Below, piece by piece: positions 52,587 to 64,000 of a stretch of 64,000 bases of DNA. Within the stretch, counting starts at the first letter, position 1, and each line of letters begins with the position of its first letter. This DNA is from Bigelowiella natans CCMP2755 (taxonomy: Eukaryota > Protista > Cercozoa), in NCBI GenBank assembly GCA_000320545.1, contig ADNK01000053.1:77942-141941 (forward strand). Direction: 5' to 3'. The notes beneath the pieces were generated by a model, which did no database searches, had not been told where the DNA came from, and was given only the letters and a program-made list of their open reading frames with translations. Position numbers and translations under genes: made by a program.

Positions 52587-55500
52587 GCATAATTAATCGC
52601 ACACCTGGTTAAATGTGCATCTCACGCGAGAGTCCGTAGGATCGGTGCTACGCGGTAGACTGAAGAAGGTGATAGCGGAGAGATCGTATACAGCAGACGA
52701 GAAAGGAGGGGGGGGAGAGCGGTATCGATAATTTGTGTTTCCTAAAGAAGGGGACGACGAAGAAGAAGGTGTACCTATCTAGCCATGTTGATTTTAGCTT
52801 CGTATATCGACGATAATCAAGTACTGCAGCCTAAACCGAACGATGATAACGATATTTACATACGACGTCAAAGCTTTATCGTAGACGTCGACTGCTGTGT
52901 GTGTTTGTGTGCGCGGGATATATTCTATAAGCAATTCCACAAAACGAAGATGCCCTATGCTTCACCGTACACGACAGCACACGCACGCACGCACGCAGAT
53001 ATAACCGCGAGACTTGTCCCTTTGGCGTGTGTTCGCTTCAATTTCGCATCGTTGACGATCTTGTTCAAGACGTCCTCACTGGTGGAGGGTTGGCCTTAGC
53101 ACATGGGAAAAGGAAGAACAGTAACAATCACGAACAGTGAGGAAGAAGAAGGAGGAGGAGGAGGACGACCGTAGAAGAAGTACACTCTAATCGACGAAAT
53201 CTAACGATGATATTACAACATACTATCACAATGCTAGCGCGCATCCGTGTACACAAATGCATGCATATAAACGTATGCGTGTATTGTTGATGTGGGCGGA
53301 GAAGGAACGCACCGCTCTTGCTGCGGTCAAGCACGGGCAGGGAAAGCTTTTCGAATAGAATAGCCTAGTGATGACAGGATGAGAGCTTTCACTATCAGTG
53401 CGAACATCTTGCTCAAGAACCAAATAGAGGCGGTAATGTTAATCATGCTGGCGTGATCGAAGTCATCTAATCGTCACCATAACCTGCAGCTGCGCCGCCG
53501 AATTAATGTTGAATTGTTCCCCGACAATTGCGTACGTCTGACAACGCAACACAGCAATCATTAATAACAAGGACAAGTTCTATCGATCGCAGTCGCAACA
53601 GACAGCAGGGTCGCCATGCGCGCTAACATTGAGGTATCCTCATCTTCTTTTGCTTCGTGAACGAAGGAATATGATTCTCCACGACTACCTCTTTGGTGAG
53701 GCGATTGATGTTTTCAGCACAATTTGCAGCTAATCGTTCCAGCCTCCCCACGTCCAGTAGCACACCGGTAGATTCCATTCGGGCCAAGACCTAGGAATGG
53801 ACGCCAAGCAGAGAATTGTGCAGAGGAGGAGGACAACAACCATATATTCACGGACAACATCGATGATGAGAGGGTTAGTGCACTCTCTCCTCCTCCTCCT
53901 CTTCCTCCTCCTCCTCCCCTCTCCCCCTCTTTCCTTCGATCACCGCCACCCATTTATCTACTTTTAAGTAGCTAATAATTACCTGCATCACTGGCATCTC
54001 CACTTTACTGAAAAGATCCCAACGAGGACTGCTTAATAATTCGCTACCGCCGCTATTGCTACTCTCATTACTACTATTACTACTACTAACTGATCTTCTA
54101 TTTTTGTCGGCGTCCCCAACGCAGCCTTTCTGCCCATCTTCTCTCTCCTCCTCCTTCTTCTTGATGTCGTCGCTGGTGGATGGTGTCTCTTGAAGCTCTC
54201 TCTCAAAGAAAGCTGCTAGCTCAACAAGACCGTGCGCTACTTCACAACCATTCTAGGACACACACACACACACACACACACACAGATAAGATATATGTGT
54301 GTGGGGGGGGAGGGGGGGCGGGGGGGTCATAAAATTTACATGATTTATATGTACATGCGAAGATCCGTGTAGGTATTCTGAGCTCATCATCCCAAATGTC
54401 GTCACACAGGTCAATTGAAAGTGTGTGGAGTGGTGGGGGGAGGGGTTTGGTTGCTTGCGTACTCATATATCACAGCGGATGATAAATGTATAAACAAACT
54501 TTCATGGATTGCGTGATATCCTGCGCACACATGCCCCCCGCGCGAGTTCCTCCCTTAGTCCTCCGTCCGGCAGAGACTGTTAATTAAGTACATCAAAAAC
54601 AAGCAGGGGAGAGTAGAAATCAAACCTTCGTTCCAAGCGACGGGGGGGGGGGGGGGGCATCCTTCAAGCAAAGGAATACCGCCGTACCTTCATCAGTGTT
54701 CTTTGACAGTTGTTGGTTTAAGTGCCTTTGAAGAAGCGCCTCAATGCGGTTATTCCCTGTGCCTGAGATAAACGAGGCAGGGAAGAGGATGTGATAATAA
54801 TAATAATGATAATCATCATGATTTTCAAAAAGGCAGCGGACAAAGGATTCTACGGCCAAAACGTCATGCACTCCACGTTTTCTCCCAACAACTCCAATCT
54901 CCGCCAGCCCAAACCCCCTTCTCTCCTCCTCCTCCTCGTCCACCACCACCACCACCACACATAGAAGGTGTTGGTAGTATTACTGTTGTATATGTACGCC
55001 ATAAGCAACGTGTCGTATAAGCGAAGGGGGGGGGGTTGGTGCGCCTGCAGTGAGTGAAGAAGATGCTCGCTTTCCCCCCAAAAGACCCTAAAATAAGATG
55101 GATGCAGCACACATATATTCACGTTGAGGTTTTTCTTGCTATTATGTTAGGATATTAGCGAGGAGCCGCCGTTGTTGTTCCCACCCTGTTTCTTGATAGA
55201 TCAACCGAAGAGCTCTTTTAAGGTCATGTGAGATGAGAACAGGCGCATTCCGGCCCTTGTCTTTTCCCGTGGGGGAAAAAGAGGAGGAGGAGGATGAGGA
55301 GGAGGAGGAATGGGGGCTGGAGAAATTCAAAGCTCCTGCGAGCGTCTCAAGCACAAGCTTTGCGTTCAGCTGGGCGGGAACTCCATCATAGGTGTGCTAC
55401 AGGAGGTCAAGATATGAATGGGAGAAGGGGTGATATGATTAGAAGAGTTTTGCTAATGACTTTTACGTTCTCCGATTTTCATTCTCATTAGTCAGGCCCC

Positions 55501-55777
55501 ACAAGCCCTTCCCCTCCCCTTCCCCTCTATCTCATGTACAACAACCACGATTTATCGTATTGACCAGAGGGCAGTAGACATAAAAAGTAATCGATGGTTT
55601 GATTCACCAACCTGGAGTGGAATGTATGCAGTTTCATTGAAGGGTGATAGAGCAAGCGAGATGCCAATGATTTTGGCCTTTGGAACAGCAGTTGCAATAT
55701 CCGAATTTATGTGTAGTGCGACTCGTTGTGAGTTTCTAATTTTAGTCTCCAGTGCCACTAGCTGTTCTGCATTGTAG

Positions 55778-55841
<64 letters not shown>

Positions 55842-56229
55842 GTGTGCGTTTTACAAAGCAGCAACAGTGCTGCACGAGTCGTACCCTTGCGAAATGACCC
55901 TAATGCAGATTTTCATTCTTAACCCAATTTTCTAGCTCCTTCATTATTATCCTCATATCATCCTTTTTTTCTTCTTGGAATCTTTTACAATACCTTTAGA
56001 AGTTATAATGAGCTGCGGCCAACTGCACCGATCTTCGTATTTTCCCTTATCCGGCTGCTGTTGCTGCTTTGCATCCACCAGAGAGTTAGATCCTGCGTTA
56101 TTATTCGCATTTTATAAATGTAACTAGCCGTAGATATAGTGGGTAGCGGTCGTTCGAGCACAAAGGAGGACTTGGAGAAGAATAAGGAAAATGGCATTTT
56201 ATCATCGGGTGTGACGCAACTGTGATGAT

Positions 56230-56289
<60 letters not shown>

Positions 56290-57130
56290 ACCCATTAATT
56301 TGGGCCTCTTTGATGCGTTGCTGCTGCTGCTACTACTTTTCGGCCTCGCCCCCCCGTTGAGTCTCCTGAGTAGTTGGAGCACTGGTGGGTGATCCACAAA
56401 CTTCATCCCTCCCCTTTTACAGTTAGTGCTCATGCCAACGGGGCCGCCCCATAGCCTCGGCGGTCCTTGGTGAATCCGTTGAGGTGTAGATTGAAAAATA
56501 GTGGCGAGAAAGCGCAAGTTGAGCAGACTAAGCACGAGAATCAGCAGCCTGTAACAAAAAGTGTTCCGAGTCATTCAATCATCTCCCCCAAGCGTCGGAA
56601 CGACAGATTCATGAGCTATTCTATAAATTCGATTCGGAAAAACCAGGAATAACATGAGAGAGGAAGAGAGTGCACCAATAGCACTGTATTCTCGGTTTGG
56701 TGAGGACGAAAGAGAAGTAAAGAGAAATTAGATCCAGTCACGAGGGTTCGGTTCGCTCGTTGAGGATGCGATTCTCCCCATCCCTTCCCTTCTACCTCAA
56801 CATATATTGCTTCCTGATCATCAGGCTGGAGGGACTTGCTGCTCCGTCCTTCCACCGTGTTGTTTATTGATGATAGGGATGCGTGTGCGGCAGCATTGAT
56901 CCTGGCGATTGGATGTGAGGCTCCTGGATCTGCTTGTTTCGACGAGATAATTCAAAATAATGGCGATGATCATCTTTCAACGGTAATTAAAATATCGCCT
57001 ATTTATCCTATGCGAAGCAATATATTCCATGTCGCAGGGCAGAATTCGTCTAAATTTACCTCGCTGTCACCAGCCTGTGTGAGCATGACAGTGAGCCAAA
57101 CTTCGCCGTTATATTTCGTGCTGCGATTCA
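49954..57130 (-). CDS. Family A DNA polymerase of bacterial PolI type (Klenow-like; 5' end uncertain)
   Basis: Exons read [66 protein letters not shown], motif [19 protein letters not shown], motif [45 protein letters not shown] and motif C MQVHDEL. Exonuclease-like region: [25 protein letters not shown]. Confidence 0.92.
52361..52590. repeat. Representative compound intronic microsatellite: degenerate (GTT)n then (TA)n(TG)n
   Basis: Directly visible. Similar (CA)n, (GA)n, (TA)n, (CAT)n, (TAG)n and (GGA)n tracts occur in most introns of the window. Confidence 0.95.
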
Positions 57131-57416
57131 TCGGACATATATCTAAGATTATAAGTCCTTTCTTCGAGACTCACTTTTGGTCGTATTTTCGTGCTAAGAA
57201 CATCGTAATATTGAGAGCGGCACTCTTGAGGCCTGTGCCGTTAGCTTTTTATTGTTGTTGGATTGTAAATAATTTGTTAGATATTGTGGGCGTATTATTT
57301 TATCTGAACTATCTCGGACTAGAGTAGTTTTTCAGTTGCCACAGCCCCGCAAACCGACCCCCCCACGTATCACCTGCACCTCTTCCAAACTGGAGAACCA
57401 ACTTTGGTTGTGATAA

Positions 57417-60400
57417 ATGCCTTCCTCCTCCTCCTCCTCCCAGAATACATCGCAGTCGGGGGAGAAGGAGACGAAGGAGAAGGATCTGGGCGCCTCGAGT
57501 ACCCCCTCTGCAACTAGTAGCGATGACTCTATTGACAAGCAGGGCAGAGGCAAATTAAAAACAAAGTTTACGCGGAAAACGATTCGTAATGACGGTCAAG
57601 GTGGAAGGGGGGGCAAGCTGCTTCTGCTAGCGTTGGGTGCATTGTGCATCGTCGTCGTGTTGGCAATTCTCCTAAGCTTTGGCCGACTAACTGGAGTGAC
57701 AGCGCAGATGGGGGGCAGCAGCCGTAGTATCGACCCAAAAATAAGACAACGATTCAAGATGATGCAGGAGCAAGTCGAGCAAATGAAGTAATAGTAGTGA
57801 GAATTTTTGCTACTTTCTTTGCTCATTTTGGTCGCATTCGTCGTGTATTGACGTCCCTCTCTCTGTTTCTCCCTCGTTTCTTCCCCTCTATCTTTCCCCT
57901 CTGCCCTTCCCTTCTAACACACACATACCTTTATCATCATCTTCCCCACAGCAAACTACAAGATCAAACCGGACAGAAGAATAATCTTGCATCCCCTGAG
58001 GACTCGAACACTCGTATTGAAGAGGAGGGGGAGGAGGAGGAGGAGGAGCCCCCACCCTCCTGCTCAGGTCCTGGCATTGATGACAGCAGCGGGACATCTG
58101 CGATAGATTTCTCAAAGCCCCCTCCTTCGTGTCAAAAGGTAGGATGATGCTTTTAACACGAATAAAGGAAGAAGAAGAAAAAGAAGAAAGTGGTGGGTTG
58201 TATATAGCACAATGTGTTGTTCCTTCCTCCATGACCGTCGTTATTCCTAATGTGATGTATGTACCATCAACTCTTTCACATCGCAGCCACTAGAGATGGA
58301 TAAGGAGGTAGGAGAGGAGGAATTACTTTCAGGACAAAAGGAAGGAGGAAGTAACGGAGAAAGGGAAGAAATGGAGGACGATAAGACAGACCCCATGTAC
58401 CAGGAATATCAAAGCCCCCTTAGGTTGATATCCCTTATAAATGAGATTGCTATTTTCACTACTGCTGCTCGCAGTTGACACTGCTGGATATAATGAGAAG
58501 GGCTTTTTCATCATCATCATCATCATCATCATCATCGATTTTGGACGGCTGTTCTCGAGCGCGTCACAATCGATGATGCTGGAGGGAGAGAAGACTAGAA
58601 GCGGATAGAAACATAGTCGTTTTTCTTTGTTCAAATTATATCTCACGATGCCGTACACCATATGTTAAATCGGAAAATTTGTGTCAACAATTCGCATAAC
58701 TTTCACTGCTGTTCCTTGACGTTTGCTGCTCAATATCCTGTTTCTATCCTGTAGCACGATATTGGCAAAGTACCCGACAATCTTTGGAGAGAACACGCAG
58801 CTAAAGAAAGTCTACAGCGCCCAGTCTCATACACACCCGTATGTACGCTGATGGGAGAATGCGAGTGTCATTCGGTGTCGTTTGCTATTTTCATATCGTA
58901 GTCGTCTTTATTGATGCTCGATGCCCACACCATCGTCCGTTGCACTATTCACGTTCACTGATGTTTATGCTGCAGCCTTGAGGGCCGGCGTGGAGAGTAC
59001 GTGACATATGTGGACGCCCAGATCAAGATTGAAACAGATGTATTTGTGTGTTTGTGCAAGAGAGAAATAGGGGGGGAAGGGGGGGGGGGGGGGGGGAAGA
59101 CAGGGACTCTTTGTTCTTTGGTTGTATATCCTTGTGCTTTTCATTTCCTCCTCTAAATTAGATGCTGAATGGGTTCTAAAAAAAGAAGATAACACACTTC
59201 CACATCTTTCTTTTCCCTGATCTATTTCTGTATTTCCCTATCTGCGTCTCTCTCTCTTTCTGCACACAAACACGCACACACATACACACACACACACACA
59301 CACACTTACTCTTTAGAACAAAAGTGAGAATCACGTCGTGACGTACATCAAATGCAAGCACGATGAGGGGTAAGTAATCGTAACATATATCATATATTTA
59401 ATTACAATATTCTGTGTGTGAGTGTGTGTGTAAGTGTGTGTAGAATCAAAAATATGGTAATCATCCATAGATAAAAGAGTAGCAGCACGATTCCTGGCGA
59501 TTTGCATTGTATTTCCAAACAACGACGCTGAAAATGATGAAACACACACACGTAACATCATCCACCATTAAACATGCAGCAGTCAATCTGAATAACCTAT
59601 TTTTCATCTGCTGTTCAATTGCTGACTTCTCTCTCTTGATCTATATCTTCTCACAATTATCATCAGTGACAAATTTCTGGTGTCGCACTATGGCTATCTG
59701 CCCCCACCCCTCCCCGTTCCGAAGAAGTCCAAAAGCGGCCCAACACTGGTAACATTCTCTCCGGGGGGGGGGGAGGGAGGCGCGCTGCATATCCATTGTG
59801 TATGTGTGGTGTGTGGATGTGTGTGTGCGTGTGTGCGTGTGTGTGTGTGTGAGAAAGGATGGACATGTATTATTATTTCTTGTTTTGTCTGAGATCTCCT
59901 CCTCCTCCTCCTCCTCCTCCTCCTCCTCCTCTCGCCTTTGATCTTTGTGTCTCGAAACACTCTTCCTTTCAGCGTGTGATGAGCTTTAATATATGGAATT
60001 ACAACCTGTTCGGTCCTCGCCTGGTAACCAATGCCGTTTGTCGTTTATCTTCTCTTCTTCACAGTCGATTGCATAGATATGCGCAGCAACAAAAAAGCAT
60101 CCGCCGCACATACACATACGATTTTCTCCTCCTAATGTTACTTTCCTTCCGCAGCAAATCCTGAAGAATGCAATGTCGGGAATCGATATCATCGGGATAC
60201 AAGAGGTGGTGGAGATGGGGGGGGGGGGGGGGATCAAATCACATGAAAGCAAATGTAATATTTGAAAGGAGAGCAACGACGAAAGAGAATAGAAAGAGAA
60301 CCGTAGGGAAAATGCTGCAATAATGATAATAATAATGATAATAATAATCATAATATTGAGAACATTGACATCAATAGCACTAATAATAGTCATGAAGCAC

Positions 60401-62154
60401 AACTTCTCTTAAAGTGCAGGACGTTGAGCTTCAACGTGGGAAAGCACACTTCCCTATACTGCCCTTGGTTGTTTGTCGCAAGGGGGTTGCAAGCATAGAT
60501 GAGTGTTGCATTAGTACTCAGCATTCTCTCCTTTCAGGTTAGAAGTAAATTACGCGTAAGGCCTCGTGATAGATCATTTCCGGCGTCTGTGGATCTTAAC
60601 TACCCTGGAGCGCGAAAGTTCCAATCGCTCGCTCTCGCAGAACTTCGGTTGTTGAGTTTTCATCACTCATTATGTTGTATGGTCAAAAGCCATCTCAAGG
60701 TATTTTTTTGCTATTGTTATTAATACGCATGTATGTGTGTATGTTTACCTGGCAGAGAGGACATGGAATTTGTCTACAAGCCAGCTCAAATGTTTGAGGA
60801 GCGGGTAACAATGCACGACAACGACGACGACGTTTCTATGCTATGTATGCTATGTAATGGGGGGGAGATTCGTGGTTGTGTAGTAATAGTAGTAGTAGTA
60901 GTAGTTGTTGTTGTTGTAAGAGGAGGAGGAGGAGGAGGAGGAGGAGGAGGAAGCAGGAGGAAGAGGCTTTTAATACGAACAGACAAAATATAAAGCCCCC
61001 TTCCTTACTTCAACCATTCTCTCATCAAGAAAGAGAACAACATTATCGATCGGCTGCAGCTGATTTGTTGCGATGTTGCGGTTCCTTGCGCCAACATCAC
61101 AGCAGGGCAAACAACAACAACAACAACATCTAATCGATGTTGCTGTGCAAACTAATTTCTTGTTACCCAATCGAGTTGTGTTTCTGCTGCTGTATATTCC
61201 TTCTTCTCTCTGATGATGACGACGACGATGATGATGATGATAATATCTCGTGAATATCATCAGTCTCAAGGGCCATTTCACACCGTACACGAGGGGGTAG
61301 GCGTGATGTCGCGGTTTCGCATCGAGTCCTCCTCGGCGCTCTCCCTCTTCTTAGATCGAAGTGATCCTTCCGACTATCATCAGCGTCTCTGCCTCCACAC
61401 TACAATCCTCATCCCAACTCAACAAGAAGAAAATGATAATGATGACGATGATGACGGTGACGGCGGTGATGATGATAGTGCCTCCTCTTCGCAATCAACG
61501 ACGCCGAAAAAACTTCATTTCCTGACCACACACCTCTCGTTGAGTGAGCGTGCACGCTGGAAGACACTCCAGCAGATCGGCGAGTATATAAAGGGCTTAG
61601 AAGGACCCGTGATTCTCACCGGAGACTTCAACAACCCAATCGGCTCGAATATCCATCCATTGGACCCGACTGAAATCTTAGGAGAGGCAGGAATGCGAGA
61701 CGCCTTTCTCGAAGCAGGGTAGTGAGTAGACGCATTGTAGTAGTATGATGTTCTTCCCATCTGAAAACATCATCATTATCATCATCATCATCAATGAATC
61801 AATCAATCACAGTATTCAACTACTATCACAAAGGTATGGCGGGCCAGGGCAGCGCGGCATGACCTTCCCAAGCTGGGGTCCTACGAAACGAATCGATGCG
61901 GTGTATGTAAGAGGCGTCTCAGTGTCAGGTGAAGATCTAAGATGATGACGATGATAAGAATTATTTGATCATAAAATAAAGTCGCTGATGCGTCATCCCC
62001 CACTCAACCCATCTTGTGGTCAGATTTCGAGCTGCTCGGCAGCGGGTCAATAGAATGTCATCCGGCGCTACCATCTGCAGGGGAGTGCTGCAACCGATAT
62101 AACGGCCTCTTTGCTTCAGATCACCTTTTCCCAGTTGCACACATATCCTTTTGA
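57417..62154 (+). CDS. Type II membrane-anchored exonuclease/endonuclease/phosphatase (EEP) superfamily enzyme
   Basis: Single TM LLLLALGALCIVVVLAILLSF near the N-terminus. EEP motifs RVMSFNIW, DIIGIQEV, EGVGVMSRF, TTHL, VILTGDFN, TFPSW..RIDAVY and SDHLFPVA..*. Confidence 0.87.
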
Positions 62155-63326
62155 TTCAATGATTGTCTACATAAACGGCGCCACAAAATGCAGCAAAAAA
62201 CAAGGAACGGGCCCTGGACAGGAAAGGGATATTCTTAGCCGTTCATATACGCTGTACAAAGAATAGGGAGATGAGGAGGAGGGTTAAACATTAGTGCAGT
62301 ACTTGACTAATAATATAAGGTAGCTGTGGATGACATGCCTGCGCGCGCGTGCGTGTTGTCAACATTGCGTGTCCTGCATCGCTTACTGTCAAAAGTTTAA
62401 TGCGTGTGATTGAGCCTCTTCACTAGCTACGAGTTTGCTATGACTTGCATCTGCTGAGCTACAGCGTTGGACATGTTGCGCAACGATTAAAGTTCAAACC
62501 TATACATGTAGGATACGCATGCACTAAAATGTTACTCGCTAGTTTATCTTCAGACACGCTAATTATATATAATTCCTGACACAGCAGCGCACGGGAAAAT
62601 GAACTTGAAAAAGTAGCGTATATACTTGCAGTAATAATTGTTTTAGGTACATCTAGTCACATGATGGGTTTCCTCTTTATTCCGAAATGTGGTTTGTTGC
62701 ATGCTAGCATGTGCTATTTGTGTGAATGACATATGTGTACGTGCTTCCAAACACGTAATGATTCAGTATGAGGCTTGCGCTACTGTTGTTCAAGTTGTGA
62801 TGGCTGTACGTACAAATATAAAACGAAAATTGTGAATAAATAGTAACTTATATACTTACACATGCATGCCTACTAGCCTAACATAGCTACTAACACACGG
62901 CTGGTAGGAAGGCTGCATGTCACATGCCATGGTGCCTGTAGCTAGTTCTTTGACGAGATACGCTGCGCACATGCATAGCAAGCATTTGAGCAGCATGCAA
63001 GATGGGGTTACATAATTCAGCTCTCATATCACTTTTCACATCTTCATCATATTTTTCTAGATACGTCCACATCTAGCTAGATGTGGCTTTGCTAGGTGTA
63101 GAAATAGATCTGTACTTATAGCAACGACATGTAGGCTTTTGATAAGAAGGTCGGTTGTAGCACATTGTTGAACACATGCGTGTGACTATGCAAGAACGCG
63201 CAAGTAGATTGCCTGCTGCTAGCAAGAAAAGAGGCACAGCTTCGCTTTTCCAACGCTATGTTCAAATTTCACATACATGGAGCAACCACCACCATTCTCC
63301 ACCTCCTTTCACATGCTCAATAATAA

Positions 63327-63733
63327 TCAGTACCCTGCGGTCCCGTTGAACGTCTCTGGCATCTCTCCAAAGTCTCGAGGGTCGAAGGGCGGGTACTGGC
63401 GTTTGTAAAGGCTCATGCACACCGTGTCGTGGTTCTTTATATGGCCGTCAAATGTGCATTTCATATATCCCTTAGTTCCGTGCGCACCTTGGATATGCCC
63501 GATCAGCCCAGTTTTCGTCCACAATTCTACGGGCTGTATGTAGCAGGGGGTGGGGTGGGGAAGAGAGAAGTATAATGAGTGTGCGTTGTTGTTATCGTTG
63601 TTGTTAGTGCTATTACCTTGAACCAACGTACGTCCTCCGGACGGAAGAACATGTGCCTCACCTGTTTTTTCCAGTGTCCGCATATCAGCACGACGAAGAC
63701 GGTGACATGTCCAGAATCGATGATATAATGACC

Positions 63734-63768
<35 letters not shown>

Positions 63769-64000
63769 ATTTCTTCCAGAATGTTGTCATTTTGTCACCG
63801 ATCTTATCGCTAATCACCTCTCTCGCCATATCATTAAGTAATAGTAGTAGGAGTTATAATCACCATCATTACTACCACTGCTTGCCGTTTAGACACACTA
63901 ATCGGAGCCCCAGTGAGGATGATCCGTTTGATTAGCAGCCTGTGGTGAAGTAGGAGTACACACACACACACACATATAGAGAAGAGATAGAGGAGAGAGG
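63327..64000 (-). CDS. TSR1: Pre-rRNA-processing protein TSR1, 3' exons only (gene continues beyond the window)
   Basis: RLLIKRIILTGAPISVSKRQAV | VRHMFFRPEDVRWFK | PVELWTKTGLIGHIQGAHGTKGYMKCTFDGHIKNHDTVCMSLYKRQYP matches the TSR1 C-terminal (RIBIOP_C) pattern. Confidence 0.92.

Noticed and set aside
49954-62154. PolA plus EEP as a mobile element or retroelement module
   Set aside because: Both genes are heavily intronised. There is no reverse transcriptase, integrase or terminal repeat, and the EEP protein has a TM anchor.
1-64000. tRNA, rRNA, transposase or viral genes
   Set aside because: None recognised by eye. Small ncRNAs such as intronic snoRNAs cannot be excluded without a covariance-model search.

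Overview
Eukaryotic nuclear DNA: gene-dense and very intron-rich, with exons mostly 30-150 nt and simple-sequence repeats in most introns. Most ORFs in the track are therefore artefacts, and I reassembled the genes by hand from GT..AG-bounded exons. In order they are: a mitochondrial class-III aminotransferase (-); a DUF1295/steroid 5-alpha-reductase-like membrane protein (+); a secreted protein with an atypical 8-Cys granulin-like domain (-); a basic hypothetical protein (+); a large polycystin-1-like receptor (signal peptide, NHL repeats, mucin stalk, PKD/REJ, GPS, TMs, PDZ) whose 3' 5.7 kb is one intron-free exon (+); an FGD-like RhoGEF with two DH-PH-FYVE modules and N-terminal zinc fingers (-); a probable small spliced orphan gene missing from the ORF track (+); a DOT1-like methyltransferase with a hydrophobic N-terminus (+); CFAP251/WDR66 (-); a calmodulin/myosin-light-chain-like EF-hand protein (+); a bacterial PolI-type family A DNA polymerase with a degenerate proofreading site (-); a membrane-anchored EEP-superfamily enzyme (+); and the 3' end of TSR1 (-). 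Genes mostly alternate head-to-head and tail-to-tail, and gene 3' flanks are rich in short palindromes (CTAG/TGCA/CATG/AGCT). CFAP251 implies a flagellated protist. The overall style is compatible with a chlorarachniophyte/rhizarian, but that is inference only. All exon boundaries were read by eye and no database search was run.
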